Source: Candidatus Uhrbacteria bacterium RIFCSPLOWO2_01_FULL_47_17 (GTDB taxonomy: Bacteria > Patescibacteriota > Patescibacteriia > UBA9934 > GWF2-40-263). From it: DNA of 64,000 nucleotides. The notes beneath the pieces were generated by a model, which was not told the origin of the DNA, searched no databases, and saw only the letters and a list, made by a program, of their open reading frames with translations. Positions 35,180-45,662 of the stretch are shown here, in pieces. Position 1 is the first letter of the stretch. The number at the start of each line of letters is the position of its first letter. The translations under genes were made by a program, and so were the position numbers. The stretch covers positions 61,101 through 125,100 of the forward strand of contig MGEI01000004.1 of NCBI GenBank assembly GCA_001791305.1, written 5' to 3'.

Positions 35180-35854
35180 ATGGTTTTGTCCACAGGTCTT
35201 GCAGATGTGATGCGCTATAATGTTCGCGGTCCATTGGCTGGAGGTTTCATGCGTTCGATGCTTGCACCGGAACTGATCGTCATTACGGGGCCTATGTGTT
35301 CCGGGAAGACGGAAGAGTTGATTCGTTACATGCGTCAGGGTGAACATGCGAAGCTGAACATGCTTGTCGTGAAGCCGAGCGTGGATACACGCGACGGTCA
35401 AGCGCTCGCGATCAAATCGCGTAACGGTCACAATCTCGTGGCGATCGATGTTCCAAACGCGCAAGCGATTTTGGAACATGTGACGCCCGAGCATCTCTGG
35501 ATCGGCGTGGATGAAGCGCACTTTTTCGACATCGAACTGGTTGCGGTTGTGATGCAACTTGTTCGCATGGGAAAGCGCGTCATCGTTTCCGGTTTGGATC
35601 TCGACTACCGCGAAAAGCCGTTTGAGGTTCTTGCACAACTGATGGCGCTTGCCCAAGAAGTGCAGAAACTCACGGCGGTGTGTTCCAAGTGTCGCGTTCG
35701 ACACGCCTCTCGTTCTCAGCGTCTCACGGACGACACCTCCCGCATTGCGGTTGGTGACAAAGAGTATGAACCGCGTTGCTTGCAATGCTTTGTCCCTCCA
35801 AACGGAGTGGCTCATTCACAGCATTCTTCCTCGATCGACACGCTTTCTTCCTGA
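35180..35854 (+). CDS. tdk: Thymidine kinase (start probably internal Met at 35249)
   Basis: P-loop GPMCSGKTEELIR, VIGVDEAHFF, C-terminal CxxC…C zinc site. Confidence 0.85.
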   Translation: MVLSTGLADVMRYNVRGPLAGGFMRSMLAPELIVITGPMCSGKTEELIRYMRQGEHAKLNMLVVKPSVDTRDGQALAIKSRNGHNLVAIDVPNAQAILEHVTPEHLWIGVDEAHFFDIELVAVVMQLVRMGKRVIVSGLDLDYREKPFEVLAQLMALAQEVQKLTAVCSKCRVRHASRSQRLTDDTSRIAVGDKEYEPRCLQCFVPPNGVAHSQHSSSIDTLSS

Positions 35855-35887
35855 CCTCACATGAGGTCTTTTTTTATTCCGTCTCCA

Positions 35888-35916
35888 TTGACAAAATGCA
35901 AAAAAACTGGTACATA
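35888..35916 (+). promoter_or_regulatory. Promoter CATTGACAAAATGC-N-TACATA upstream of icd-like gene
   Basis: TTGACA 35888-35893, 17-nt spacer, TACATA 35911-35916; downstream gene has AAGGAGGG SD. Confidence 0.5.
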
Positions 35917-35948
35917 ACGCTCGCACATGACGTGCGAAGGAGGGCGAA

Positions 35949-36959
35949 ATGTCAGACAGACTTTCTGTTGTCGCGATCGAGGGTGATGGGATTGGCCACG
36001 AAGTGTTCAAGGCTATGCAGCGCGTCGTGGACGTAGTGATGGATCATCGCATCGATTGGATTCCGGCGCTTGCGGGTCTTGAGTGCGCAGAAGCAAACGG
36101 CGGCGATCCGTTGCCGCAAGTCACGCTCGATCTCATTCGCAAACACCGCGTCGCGATCAAAGGTCCGACGACCACGCCGAGTGGTGGTGGGTTCAAGAGT
36201 GTGAATGTTCGACTTCGTCAAGAACTCGAACTCCATTCCTGTGTGCGTCCCGCGTTGCACATTCCCGGCCTTGCGAAATCGCGACTGTGTGATCTCATGG
36301 TCGTCCGCGAGGGTGTCGAAGGGTATTACGACTGTTGGGAAGAGCGCAACAAGCACGATGTCGTCTTTGCGCATGCGCGATTCTCGAAAGCGGGATTCAT
36401 GCGGACCGTTCGACAGGCGACTCGAATCGCTCTTTCGCGTCACAAGAAACTAACACTCGTACTCAAGACCAATATCTTGAAGGAGTGGGGTGCGCTTTAC
36501 ACGGAAGCGTTCAATGAAGTCGTGGACATCGCGGTCAAATGTGATGGACTCGAAACGAATTACCTGCACATGGATGCAGCGCTCATGATGATGATCATGT
36601 ATCCGGAGCGGTTCGATGTGATCGTCACAGAGAATCTGTTCGGTGATGTGATGTCCGATGCGGCCGCAGGGCTTGTCGGCGGACTCGGTGTTGCGCCTGG
36701 TGCATGCTACGGAGACGAATATGCACTCTTCGAAGCTGTTCATGGTTCGGCTCCCGACATTGCGGGTCGCGGAATCGCGAATCCGACGGCGCTCATTCTC
36801 TCGAGCGCAATGATGCTTGAGTACGACGGCTTTCACCATGAGGCACAGCTCATCCGCGAGACCGTCCTTCGCACCATCCTCGAGGGTGATCGCACGGGCG
36901 ACATGGGCGGCACGCTCAACACGGAACAATTCACGGACGCGATTCTGCGTCGTCTCTAA
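35949..36959 (+). CDS. Isocitrate/isopropylmalate dehydrogenase family enzyme (Icd-like)
   Basis: [30 protein letters not shown] closely matches Icd [39 protein letters not shown]. Confidence 0.8.
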   Translation: [336 protein letters not shown]

Positions 36960-37016
36960 CCGATTGGATTTTTCCGACCGGTTTTTTTATTGTCAATTCT
37001 GGTATAATAGAGTCCT

Positions 37017-37517
37017 ATGAAAAAACAATCCCTTGTGATTTCTCTTTCGATTGCCGTTGCTTTTGTGTTAATCGTTTTGCTTGTGTATCGAGTCAATATG
37101 TCTCGAACAACACCAACACAACAAACACAAAGCCAGCCCGTACAAACTGAACCATCACCAACCGTCTACAAAGATCTTGTTGAAATTACTTCGCCGCTTC
37201 CAGATAGTGTGATTGATCTTATGGATCCGGAGACGGTCGTAACCGTTACAGGAAAGGCGCGAGGAAACTGGTTTTTTGAAGCGTCGTTTCCTGTTGAACT
37301 TTTGAATGAAACAGGAGATGTTCTTGCGATAGGAATCGCGCAAGCTGACGGAGAATGGATGACCACAGATTATGTTCCGTTTCAAGCGAGCGTGAAGTTT
37401 AAAGCAACGATTGCACAAACGGGTTCGATCGGCGCGCTTGTTTTGAGAAAAGACAATCCATCGGGTGAACCTGCCTATGATGACGCGTTTACCGTCCCTG
37501 TTCGATTTGTTCCTTAA
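37017..37517 (+). CDS. Membrane-anchored Gmad2/Ig-like domain protein
   Basis: N-terminal TM; Gmad2-like beta domain (TVTGKARGNWFFEASFPVEL…). Confidence 0.45.
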   Translation: MKKQSLVISLSIAVAFVLIVLLVYRVNMSRTTPTQQTQSQPVQTEPSPTVYKDLVEITSPLPDSVIDLMDPETVVTVTGKARGNWFFEASFPVELLNETGDVLAIGIAQADGEWMTTDYVPFQASVKFKATIAQTGSIGALVLRKDNPSGEPAYDDAFTVPVRFVP

Positions 37518-37520
37518 CGT

Positions 37521-38810
37521 ATGTCCGCAAAGCATCTGTTCAAAAATTATTCTTCCATTGCGACAACAGGTTTGCGTCGTGACGCACTTGCGATTGTAGA
37601 AGCGGGATTACGTGCGGTTGAAACGCAAGCTGCGGTTCATCAAGCTGTCTCGCTCAAGAAAGATGTTTTAAAAATGGGAGACAAAACGTTTTCTTTGAAA
37701 TCGTATCGTCGGGTGTTTGTTGTTGGAATTGGAAAAGCGGCGCTTGAAGCCGCGAAGGCTCTCGAGGAAATTCTTGGGGATCGAATTCAGGACGGAATTG
37801 TGCTTGATGTGAAGCAAGGAAAATTAAAACGGATGAAAAGTATCGCGGGCACACATCCATTTCCGAGTTATGAAAACATTCGTGCGACCGGAGAAATTGT
37901 TGGATTGTTGAAAGCGGTTGATTCGCAAGATCTCGTTATTGCCATCATTTCGGGTGGAGGCTCTGCACTCCTGTGCTGGCCGCATCAACTCGAGTGTGGA
38001 GATTTGACCGCCATGACGCGTGTCCTTATGCAAAAAGGTGCAACCATTCACGAGATGAACACGGTGCGTAAACACACCTCCGATATTCAAGGGGGACAAT
38101 TCGTTCGACTTGCATATCCTGCCACGATCGCAGGACTCATTTTTTCCGACGTGCCTGGCGATGAATTAAGTTTGGTGGCAAGCGGCCCGACGTTTCTTGA
38201 TACATCTACCGCCAAAGACGCAAAACGGATTTTGGAAAAATACCACGTGCTTTCCATGTGTAAATTGCCGGAATGTCACTTGGTCGAAACACCAAAAGAT
38301 CCGTCCCTTTTTACGCACGTCACAAACAGGTCGGTTGTTTCAAATGCGCACGCAACCGCCGCGATGATGAAACAAGCAAAGACGCTCGGATACAAACCAG
38401 TTTTGTATTCAAACAAGCTTGAAGGGGAAGCGCATGAAAAGGGAAAAATGTTTGCAGGACTTGTGAAGCCGGGCGAAGTATTGATTGCGGGGGGAGAGAC
38501 AACGGTTCACGTTCGTGGAAAAGGGAATGGTGGGCGTAATCAAGAATTTGCCCTCGGAGCACTCGGTTCGATTGGGGAAGATGCGCTCGTCCTTTCCTGT
38601 GCGTCCGATGGGATTGATCACTCGTCTGTTGCCGGTGCATTTGTGGACGTAAACGTTCGAGCAAAAGCAAAAATACTCGGGCTGAAACCGGAAACATATC
38701 TTGCAAAAAATAACTCGTACAATTTTTTTCAGAAGACAAAGTCGTATCTCGATACGGGAGTGATGGGGATGAATGTGTCGGATTTGATGCTTGCGATGCG
38801 TGTACGGTGA
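37521..38810 (+). CDS. Glycerate 2-kinase (MOFRL family)
   Basis: DUF4147 + MOFRL layout; VFVVGIGKAALEAAKALEE…. Confidence 0.75.
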   Translation: MSAKHLFKNYSSIATTGLRRDALAIVEAGLRAVETQAAVHQAVSLKKDVLKMGDKTFSLKSYRRVFVVGIGKAALEAAKALEEILGDRIQDGIVLDVKQGKLKRMKSIAGTHPFPSYENIRATGEIVGLLKAVDSQDLVIAIISGGGSALLCWPHQLECGDLTAMTRVLMQKGATIHEMNTVRKHTSDIQGGQFVRLAYPATIAGLIFSDVPGDELSLVASGPTFLDTSTAKDAKRILEKYHVLSMCKLPECHLVETPKDPSLFTHVTNRSVVSNAHATAAMMKQAKTLGYKPVLYSNKLEGEAHEKGKMFAGLVKPGEVLIAGGETTVHVRGKGNGGRNQEFALGALGSIGEDALVLSCASDGIDHSSVAGAFVDVNVRAKAKILGLKPETYLAKNNSYNFFQKTKSYLDTGVMGMNVSDLMLAMRVR

Positions 38811-38976
38811 ACTTGCAGTACATCGTCGACTACGCCAAAACGAAACGTGCTGTGCAGGGAGGAGTAGGGCGTGCGATAACAAAAAATACGGCCAATAGAT
38901 GGGAGGGAGTCCGCGACCGGGTCCCGTCTATTGGCCGTATTTTTTTGTTGTCGCTAAGCCCGTACTCTCTGTGCAT

Positions 38977-40356
38977 TTATTTTCCCCGGAGAAAAAAGAC
39001 GTGTGCAATCGTTTTTAAAAGAATTTCCATGTCGAAGAGGAAGGATCTGTGTTTCAAGTAGTAGAGATCGTATTGCAGTTTGCGTTTGGATTCCGTTGCG
39101 TTGCCGGCGTACACATGAAGCTGTGCCCATCCAATAAGGCCCGGGCGAATCGCGTGGCGCGATTCGAAGTAGGGAATTTCATCTCGGAGTTGCTCGACGA
39201 TTCCCGCTTGTTCTGGACGTGGGCCAATGAGGCTCATGTCACCACGCAGGATGTTGATCCATTGCGGAAGCTCGTCGAGGCGTGTTGTGCGTAGGAATCT
39301 CCCAACAACGGTGACGCGCGGATCGTGATCGGATGTCCAAGTATTGTTTGGGGTTCCCGCATGCATGGTTCGGTATTTGTAAATGGTGAATGGGGTGCCG
39401 TTTACAGAGAGGCGTGTTTGGGTGAAAAAGATTTTTCCGCGGTCGGAGAGTTTGATGAGAAGAGCGATGGGGAGAAAGGTGAGGAGGAACACGCTCGCAA
39501 TAAGAAGCGAAAAGAGGATATCAAGCACGCGTTTGATCATGGGGTAAAAACCCACTTGGTCTCGATGTGTATGTTCAAGAAGCCACCAGTCGTTGAGGTT
39601 GCTTGTGTAGACGCAACGAAACACATCTTCGTAAAAATCATCGAATCGGATAAATGTTGCTCCGTGGGAATGAAGGTGAGCAAAGAGTTTAAGTGTTTGA
39701 TCGGAAAAGGATGTGTTTGCCGGAACGACAAAGACGAGGGATTGATGTGCACGGTGTGTTTTTTCGATGAGGGTGAGGAGGGCGGAATCAGGAACAGAAT
39801 GAACGGTAAAAATATTCGTCATGTCATCAAGTTCTTTTTTACATGCGTTATATTCTTGTTCGAGATTGATAAAGTACACTTCCTGACGAGTAATATGTTT
39901 TGTGATCGATCGAATGAAGAATTGCCAAAGGGTTGAGAAGAGAAGAATGTAAAGGGTGTCGACGAGCAAGAATCGTCGTGGGGTGATGATGAGGTTTGGT
40001 TGAAGATAGAAAAAAACAATCGCGACAACAAAACCGAGCGCGTTTGCACCAATGAGGGCAGAAAAGAGATCGATGGGACGTTTATGTGTTTTAAGATCGA
40101 AGAGACCAAAGGCGTAAGAAAGAATGAGCCAGATAAGAGCAATCGTGCCAAAAAGAAAAACGTGTGCTTGAAGTTGTTCTTCCGAAAGTCCTGTGGGGAA
40201 TCGCCACAAAATGGTGAGCCATAAACTGATAGCAAAAATTATCATCGTAGGAAGGACGAGAAAGATGAGATGAATCCAGACGTTTTTATGTGTGAGAGAC
40301 ATAGATTGATGTGTTCTATCATACCGTGAAAAAATTGGGTATGATAGGGGGCACAT
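38977..40356 (-). CDS. Polyprenyl-phosphate sugar phosphotransferase (WbaP/bacterial sugar transferase family)
   Basis: Multi-TM N-terminus; C-terminal RPGLIGWAQ…DxxY region typical of bacterial sugar transferases. Confidence 0.8.
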   Translation of the reverse strand: MCPLSYPIFSRYDRTHQSMSLTHKNVWIHLIFLVLPTMIIFAISLWLTILWRFPTGLSEEQLQAHVFLFGTIALIWLILSYAFGLFDLKTHKRPIDLFSALIGANALGFVVAIVFFYLQPNLIITPRRFLLVDTLYILLFSTLWQFFIRSITKHITRQEVYFINLEQEYNACKKELDDMTNIFTVHSVPDSALLTLIEKTHRAHQSLVFVVPANTSFSDQTLKLFAHLHSHGATFIRFDDFYEDVFRCVYTSNLNDWWLLEHTHRDQVGFYPMIKRVLDILFSLLIASVFLLTFLPIALLIKLSDRGKIFFTQTRLSVNGTPFTIYKYRTMHAGTPNNTWTSDHDPRVTVVGRFLRTTRLDELPQWINILRGDMSLIGPRPEQAGIVEQLRDEIPYFESRHAIRPGLIGWAQLHVYAGNATESKRKLQYDLYYLKHRSFLFDMEILLKTIAHVFFLRGK

Positions 40357-40395
40357 TGACGATTGCTCGCAATCTGTTTAAATGTGCTCGTATTT

Positions 40396-41424
40396 ATGAA
40401 AAAAGCGTTTATCACAGGTATCACCGGGCAAGACGGGTCATATCTCGCGGAATTGTTGTTGGAGAAAGGGTATGAGGTGCATGGTATGATTCGCCGTTCG
40501 AGCAGTTTTAACACAAATCGAATTAATCACATTTATCAAGATTTGCATCAGCGCGATCTTCGTTTAATGTTGCATTATGGTGATTTGTCTGATGCCAGCA
40601 TTGTAAGTCGGCTTTTACAAAAAATTCAACCGGATGAAATTTATAATCTGGGCGCACAAAGCCATGTGCAAGTAAGTTTTGAATTACCAGAATATACAGG
40701 AAATGTTGATGCACTCGGCACACTTCGTATTTTAGATGCCATACGAGATCTCGGTATCCCTTCAAAATATTATCAAGCAGGATCTTCCGAAATGTTTGGC
40801 AAGGTCTTGGAGACACCACAAAAAGAGACGACTCCATTTTACCCGCGCAGTCCATATGGATGTGCAAAAGTGTATGCGCATCATCTTACTGTGAATTATC
40901 GCGAAGCACATGGTATTTTTGCTTGTAACGGAATTTTATTCAATCATGAATCGCCGCGTCGAGGTGGAACATTTGTAACAAAAAAAATCATTGACGCATT
41001 GAAAGAGATCCAAGCTGGCAAACAAGAGAGAATTTTTCTTGGGAATTTAAATGCACTGCGTGACTGGGGGTATGCAAAAGATTATGTGGAAGCTATGTGG
41101 CTCATGTTACAACAAGAACAAGCTGACGATTATGTAATTGCCACAGGTGAAACACATAGTGTTCGTGAATTTGTGGAGGTCGCCGCAAAACATTTTGGAA
41201 TGAATATAATTTGGCAGGGATTTGGAATGGAAGAAAAAGGAATCGATGCAACGTCAGGAAAAATCATTGTGGAGATTGATGCACGTTATTTTCGACCATC
41301 CGAGGTTGAGACATTATTAGGTGATGCACGGAAAGCGCATGAAAAATTAGGTTGGAAGCCAAAAGTTGGATTTCAAGAATTGATCAAAATCATGATCGAT
41401 GATGAATTACATGTTAGAACGTAA
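40396..41424 (+). CDS. gmd: GDP-mannose 4,6-dehydratase
   Basis: [40 protein letters not shown]… near-canonical Gmd. Confidence 0.9.
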   Translation: MKKAFITGITGQDGSYLAELLLEKGYEVHGMIRRSSSFNTNRINHIYQDLHQRDLRLMLHYGDLSDASIVSRLLQKIQPDEIYNLGAQSHVQVSFELPEYTGNVDALGTLRILDAIRDLGIPSKYYQAGSSEMFGKVLETPQKETTPFYPRSPYGCAKVYAHHLTVNYREAHGIFACNGILFNHESPRRGGTFVTKKIIDALKEIQAGKQERIFLGNLNALRDWGYAKDYVEAMWLMLQQEQADDYVIATGETHSVREFVEVAAKHFGMNIIWQGFGMEEKGIDATSGKIIVEIDARYFRPSEVETLLGDARKAHEKLGWKPKVGFQELIKIMIDDELHVRT

Positions 41425-41426
41425 AT

Positions 41427-42593
41427 ATGATTCAGCTCATAAAATCTTCCTTTTATCAAGAGCATGAAACAAAGCAAAAGCTTGCTGAGTTTATCGTATC
41501 TGCGCAGATCTTGAGCATGGGTGAACAATGTCGATCGTTTGAAGAAAAATTTGCACAAAAACAGAGGCGAAAATTTGCTGTTTATGTTAGCAGTGGCAGT
41601 ATGGCAAATCTCGTCCTAATTCAATCACTTCGTAATTTAGGTATTTTAAAGGTGGGGGATCGAGTAGGATTTTCTGCATTAACATGGCCAACCAACGTCA
41701 TGCCACTTTTTCAATTGGGTCTTATTCCTGTCCCAATCGACTGTCGATTAGAGACCTTGAATGTATCTCCCATGGAATTAGGAAAACATTTGGAACATTT
41801 GGATGCTCTTTTTTTGACGAACGTATTAGGATTTTCGGATGATGTATCGCGCATAAAATCGATGTGTGCTCAAAAGAATATTGTGTTGATTGAAGATAAT
41901 TGTGAATCGCTCGGATCCATGGTTGATGGGATATGTTTGGGTAATTTTGGACTTGCTTCAACATTTTCATTTTTTGTCGGTCATCATCTATCTACAATCG
42001 AAGGCGGAATGATTTGTACGGATGATGAAGATCTTTATCACATGCTTGTGATGACTCGAGCACATGGATGGGACCGCAATCTCTCAAAAGAGAAACAAGA
42101 TAATTTGAGAAAGATAAATGGCATTGATGCATTTTTTTCAAAATATGTTTTTCATGATTTGGCCTTTAATGCAAGACCTACAGAAATAAACGGATTTTTG
42201 GGATGTGTACAAATTGATTTTTGGGATGAAATCGTTCAAAAACGAGCAAATAATTTTCAACTGTTTGTTGATGTGTTGAATCAGAACTCTGATTTCATTC
42301 CACTAAACGTTCATCACATGGATCTTGTTTCAAATTTTGCTATGCCAGTTGTGTGCCGGACAAAAGAACTATCTGATGCATACAAGAAATTGTTTTTAGA
42401 TATGGATGTCGAAATTCGTCCGGTGATTGCGGGAGACATGACAAAACAAATTTTTTATAAGAAACACGCACACACGGCAATGGTGTGCCCAAATTCAGAG
42501 TTGGTTCATCAGAATGGTTTTTATTTTGGCAATAATCCTGAAATGACAACAGAAGAATTAAGTCAACTTACACAACTATTACGTAAAAAATAG
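41427..42593 (+). CDS. DegT/DnrJ/EryC1-family sugar aminotransferase/dehydratase (GDP-perosamine synthase- or ColD-like)
   Basis: PLP-dependent DegT fold; adjacent to gmd. Confidence 0.75.
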   Translation: MIQLIKSSFYQEHETKQKLAEFIVSAQILSMGEQCRSFEEKFAQKQRRKFAVYVSSGSMANLVLIQSLRNLGILKVGDRVGFSALTWPTNVMPLFQLGLIPVPIDCRLETLNVSPMELGKHLEHLDALFLTNVLGFSDDVSRIKSMCAQKNIVLIEDNCESLGSMVDGICLGNFGLASTFSFFVGHHLSTIEGGMICTDDEDLYHMLVMTRAHGWDRNLSKEKQDNLRKINGIDAFFSKYVFHDLAFNARPTEINGFLGCVQIDFWDEIVQKRANNFQLFVDVLNQNSDFIPLNVHHMDLVSNFAMPVVCRTKELSDAYKKLFLDMDVEIRPVIAGDMTKQIFYKKHAHTAMVCPNSELVHQNGFYFGNNPEMTTEELSQLTQLLRKK

Positions 42594-42596
42594 TGT

Positions 42597-43547
42597 ATGC
42601 TTGATGTGCAGACAAAAATATTCGTTGCAGGACATCGGGGGCTTGTCGGCTCCGCGCTTGTTCGAGCCCTTGAAAGAAATGGGCATATGAATATTATTGT
42701 GCGTACAAGGTCTGAATTAGATCTGATGGACCCTGAAGCGGTTCAGTTCTTTTTTCAAACGGAGAAGCCTCAGGTGGTTATTGATGCTGCCGCGAAGGTG
42801 GGAGGTATTATGGCAAATATTCAAGCCCCCGCAGATTTTATTTTCCAAAATTTGCAAATACAAAATAATTTGATTCACGGGGCATACAAAAATGGTGTTA
42901 AAAAATTTGTTTTTTTGGGATCGTCTTGTATCTACCCACGTTTATCTCAACAACCAATGAAAGAGGAATATTTCATGACCGGTCCACTTGAGCCTACAAA
43001 TGAGGCATATGCCATCGCAAAGATTGCTGGAATAAACATGTGTCAATCATACAACAAGCAATATGGCACAGATTTTATATCCTTGATGCCAACGAATATT
43101 TATGGATTTCAAGATAATTTCAGTCTTGAAACAGGGCACGCACTTCAAGCAATGATGCATCGATTTCATAAAGCAAAGATGGAACAAGTTCCGTTCATTA
43201 CGCTTTGGGGTAGCGGAGAAGTGTATCGTGAATTTATGTTTTCAGACGATGCTGCTGATGCGATATTGTTTCTTGCGAACAATTATTCAGGTAGTGAGAT
43301 TGTAAATATTGGAACGGGAGTTGATGTGCAAATCAAGGAACTCGCAGAAATCATCAAACGAGTCGTTGGTTATCAGGGAGAAATTCAGTGGGACTTAACA
43401 AAACCAGAAGGTATGCCAAGAAAATTGATGGACGTGCAGAAATTGAATAATTTAGGATGGAAACACACACGTTCTCTCGAGGAGGGTATAATACAAACAT
43501 ACAAGTGGTTTCTTGAAAATGCTGCGTGTAATGTATCTGTCAATTAA
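42597..43547 (+). CDS. fcl: GDP-L-fucose synthase (GDP-4-keto-6-deoxymannose 3,5-epimerase/4-reductase)
   Basis: KIFVAGHRGLVGSALVRALE…; SDR-like fold. Confidence 0.85.
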   Translation: MLDVQTKIFVAGHRGLVGSALVRALERNGHMNIIVRTRSELDLMDPEAVQFFFQTEKPQVVIDAAAKVGGIMANIQAPADFIFQNLQIQNNLIHGAYKNGVKKFVFLGSSCIYPRLSQQPMKEEYFMTGPLEPTNEAYAIAKIAGINMCQSYNKQYGTDFISLMPTNIYGFQDNFSLETGHALQAMMHRFHKAKMEQVPFITLWGSGEVYREFMFSDDAADAILFLANNYSGSEIVNIGTGVDVQIKELAEIIKRVVGYQGEIQWDLTKPEGMPRKLMDVQKLNNLGWKHTRSLEEGIIQTYKWFLENAACNVSVN

Positions 43548-43556
43548 ATTTTCATT

Positions 43557-44375
43557 ATGGATATACTGATCCGTCCAACAACACAGTGGTGGAAATTTGA
43601 TTGGAAGGAATTCTGGCAGTTTCGAGATTTGTTTTATTTTTTTGCATGGCGGGATATTAAGGTTCGCTATAAACAAACAGCCATTGGTGCACTTTGGGCC
43701 GTGTTTCAACCATTTGTGACCATGGTTGTGTTCACAATCTTTTTTGGAAATCTGGCAAAAATCTCATCGGATGGAATTCCATATCCAATTTTTGTGTACG
43801 TCGGACTTTTATTTTGGACCTTGTTTAGCGCAGGTTTATCCGATGTGAGTAATACATTCATTGGAAATCAAAACATCATCACCAAAGTTTACTTTCCACG
43901 CATTATTTTGACATTTACGAGTTTGACAACATCGATAATTGATTTTTTTGTGGCCTGTATTGTTCTTATTGGAATGATGATTTGGTATCACTTTATTCCA
44001 TCGACAATTGCGTTAATTTTTATTCCGTTTTTATTTGTCATCACATTTTTAACGACAGTGGGAATCGGGTTGTTTTTTTCTTCTTTTAATGTGAAATACC
44101 GAGATGTGCGTTTTATTTTACCGTTTTTCATACAACTTCTTTTGTTTTTGACCCCAGTCATCTACCCTGTAAGTCTTGTGTCTCCTGAGTGGCGTTGGGT
44201 TCTAGGATTCAATCCAATGTCCGGTGTGATTGATACAGCGCGTGTTGTACTTCTCGGAGTTGGTCATGTTGATTGGCTACTTTTAAGCATTTCGATGTTT
44301 GTGAGTGTGGTCTATTGCTTGATTGGATACGGGTATTTCAAGGGGACCGAACGTTATTTTGCAGATGTGATTTAA
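43557..44375 (+). CDS. wzm: ABC-2 type polysaccharide export permease
   Basis: 6-TM ABC-2 permease profile. Confidence 0.75.
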   Translation: MDILIRPTTQWWKFDWKEFWQFRDLFYFFAWRDIKVRYKQTAIGALWAVFQPFVTMVVFTIFFGNLAKISSDGIPYPIFVYVGLLFWTLFSAGLSDVSNTFIGNQNIITKVYFPRIILTFTSLTTSIIDFFVACIVLIGMMIWYHFIPSTIALIFIPFLFVITFLTTVGIGLFFSSFNVKYRDVRFILPFFIQLLLFLTPVIYPVSLVSPEWRWVLGFNPMSGVIDTARVVLLGVGHVDWLLLSISMFVSVVYCLIGYGYFKGTERYFADVI

Positions 44376-44399
44376 CTGATTGTTTTATTTCTCTTTATT

Positions 44400-45614
44400 A
44401 TGTCTGCAATTATTGAAGTGAATAACTTAGGAAAAAAATACTTAATTGGTGAGAAGGAACGTTATTTAGCGTTGCGCGATAAGTTGGCACACCCAATAAA
44501 AGCACTCAAAAATACTCGGTCGAGTGAAGTATTTTGGGCACTTAGTGATATAAGTTTTTCTGTCGAGAAAGGCGAAGTGTTAGGTATTATTGGAAAAAAT
44601 GGTTCTGGAAAAAGTACATTGTTAAAAATTTTGTCTAAAATTACTCCTCCAACAACAGGGGAAGTTTGTTTGCGTGGACGTGTTGGTAGTCTACTAGAAG
44701 TAGGCACAGGATTTCATCCTGAACTTACTGGTCGAGAGAATATTTATTTAAGTGGATCGATTCTTGGAATGCGTAAAAAAGAGATAGATAAAAAATTCGA
44801 GGAAATCGTAAATTTTTCTGGTGTGGAGGCATTTCTTGATACGCCGATTAAACGTTATTCATCCGGAATGTCTGTTCGACTCGGATTTGCGGTTGCGGCT
44901 CATCTTGAGCCAGAGATTTTGTTAGTGGACGAAGTTTTGGCTGTTGGGGATGCAGAATTTCAAAAAAAGTGTTTAGGAAAAATGGGGGAGATTACAAAAC
45001 AGGGTGCGCGAACAATCATTTTTATAAGTCATAACATGGCGGCGATTAATCAGTTGTGCGACAGGGTTCTTTTGTTAGAAAATGGACATATTAAAAAAAA
45101 TGATACTCCCGAAAGTGTCGTGAGTGAATACCTTCGTGATTTGACACATCAAGGTGGTATTTGGGAACGCACATCATCCAAAACAGTAGCTGAAGATCAT
45201 TTTGTGAAATCTGTTATTTTACAAAACAGTAAAAAAATTAATACAAGAGTTTTTTTTGCTAACGAATCTATTCGGATACAATGTTGCATTGTAAGCAAGA
45301 AGCAGGAAAATATATTTTTGGCAGTCGGTATTCGTGATGTGCTCTCAAATCAAATCATTCATCTGAATAGTAAAAATCAGAAAGAAAAATTACAGACGAA
45401 GGCGGGCAAGAATATGTTTCAAGTAGAATTTGAAAATATTTTAAGTGCAGGTGAATATTATGTGACCGTATGGATTGGAGATGCGAGTTTTGTAACGCAA
45501 GATTATGTGAGAGATTGTATTTCATTTTCGGTAGATCTGTCGAATTTGGATACGAGCTATCATTTTGGATCTGTTATTGTTCCAGCGACATGGTCAATGG
45601 TTCATTTAGATTAG
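44400..45614 (+). CDS. wzt: Polysaccharide export ABC ATPase with C-terminal carbohydrate-binding extension
   Basis: Walker A GKNGSGKST, signature YSSGMSVRL, Walker B LLVDEV. Confidence 0.85.
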   Translation: MSAIIEVNNLGKKYLIGEKERYLALRDKLAHPIKALKNTRSSEVFWALSDISFSVEKGEVLGIIGKNGSGKSTLLKILSKITPPTTGEVCLRGRVGSLLEVGTGFHPELTGRENIYLSGSILGMRKKEIDKKFEEIVNFSGVEAFLDTPIKRYSSGMSVRLGFAVAAHLEPEILLVDEVLAVGDAEFQKKCLGKMGEITKQGARTIIFISHNMAAINQLCDRVLLLENGHIKKNDTPESVVSEYLRDLTHQGGIWERTSSKTVAEDHFVKSVILQNSKKINTRVFFANESIRIQCCIVSKKQENIFLAVGIRDVLSNQIIHLNSKNQKEKLQTKAGKNMFQVEFENILSAGEYYVTVWIGDASFVTQDYVRDCISFSVDLSNLDTSYHFGSVIVPATWSMVHLD

Positions 45615-45662
45615 AGTTAGAAATATTGATTCGTTAAGAATTATTTTGGGTGAGCACAATTT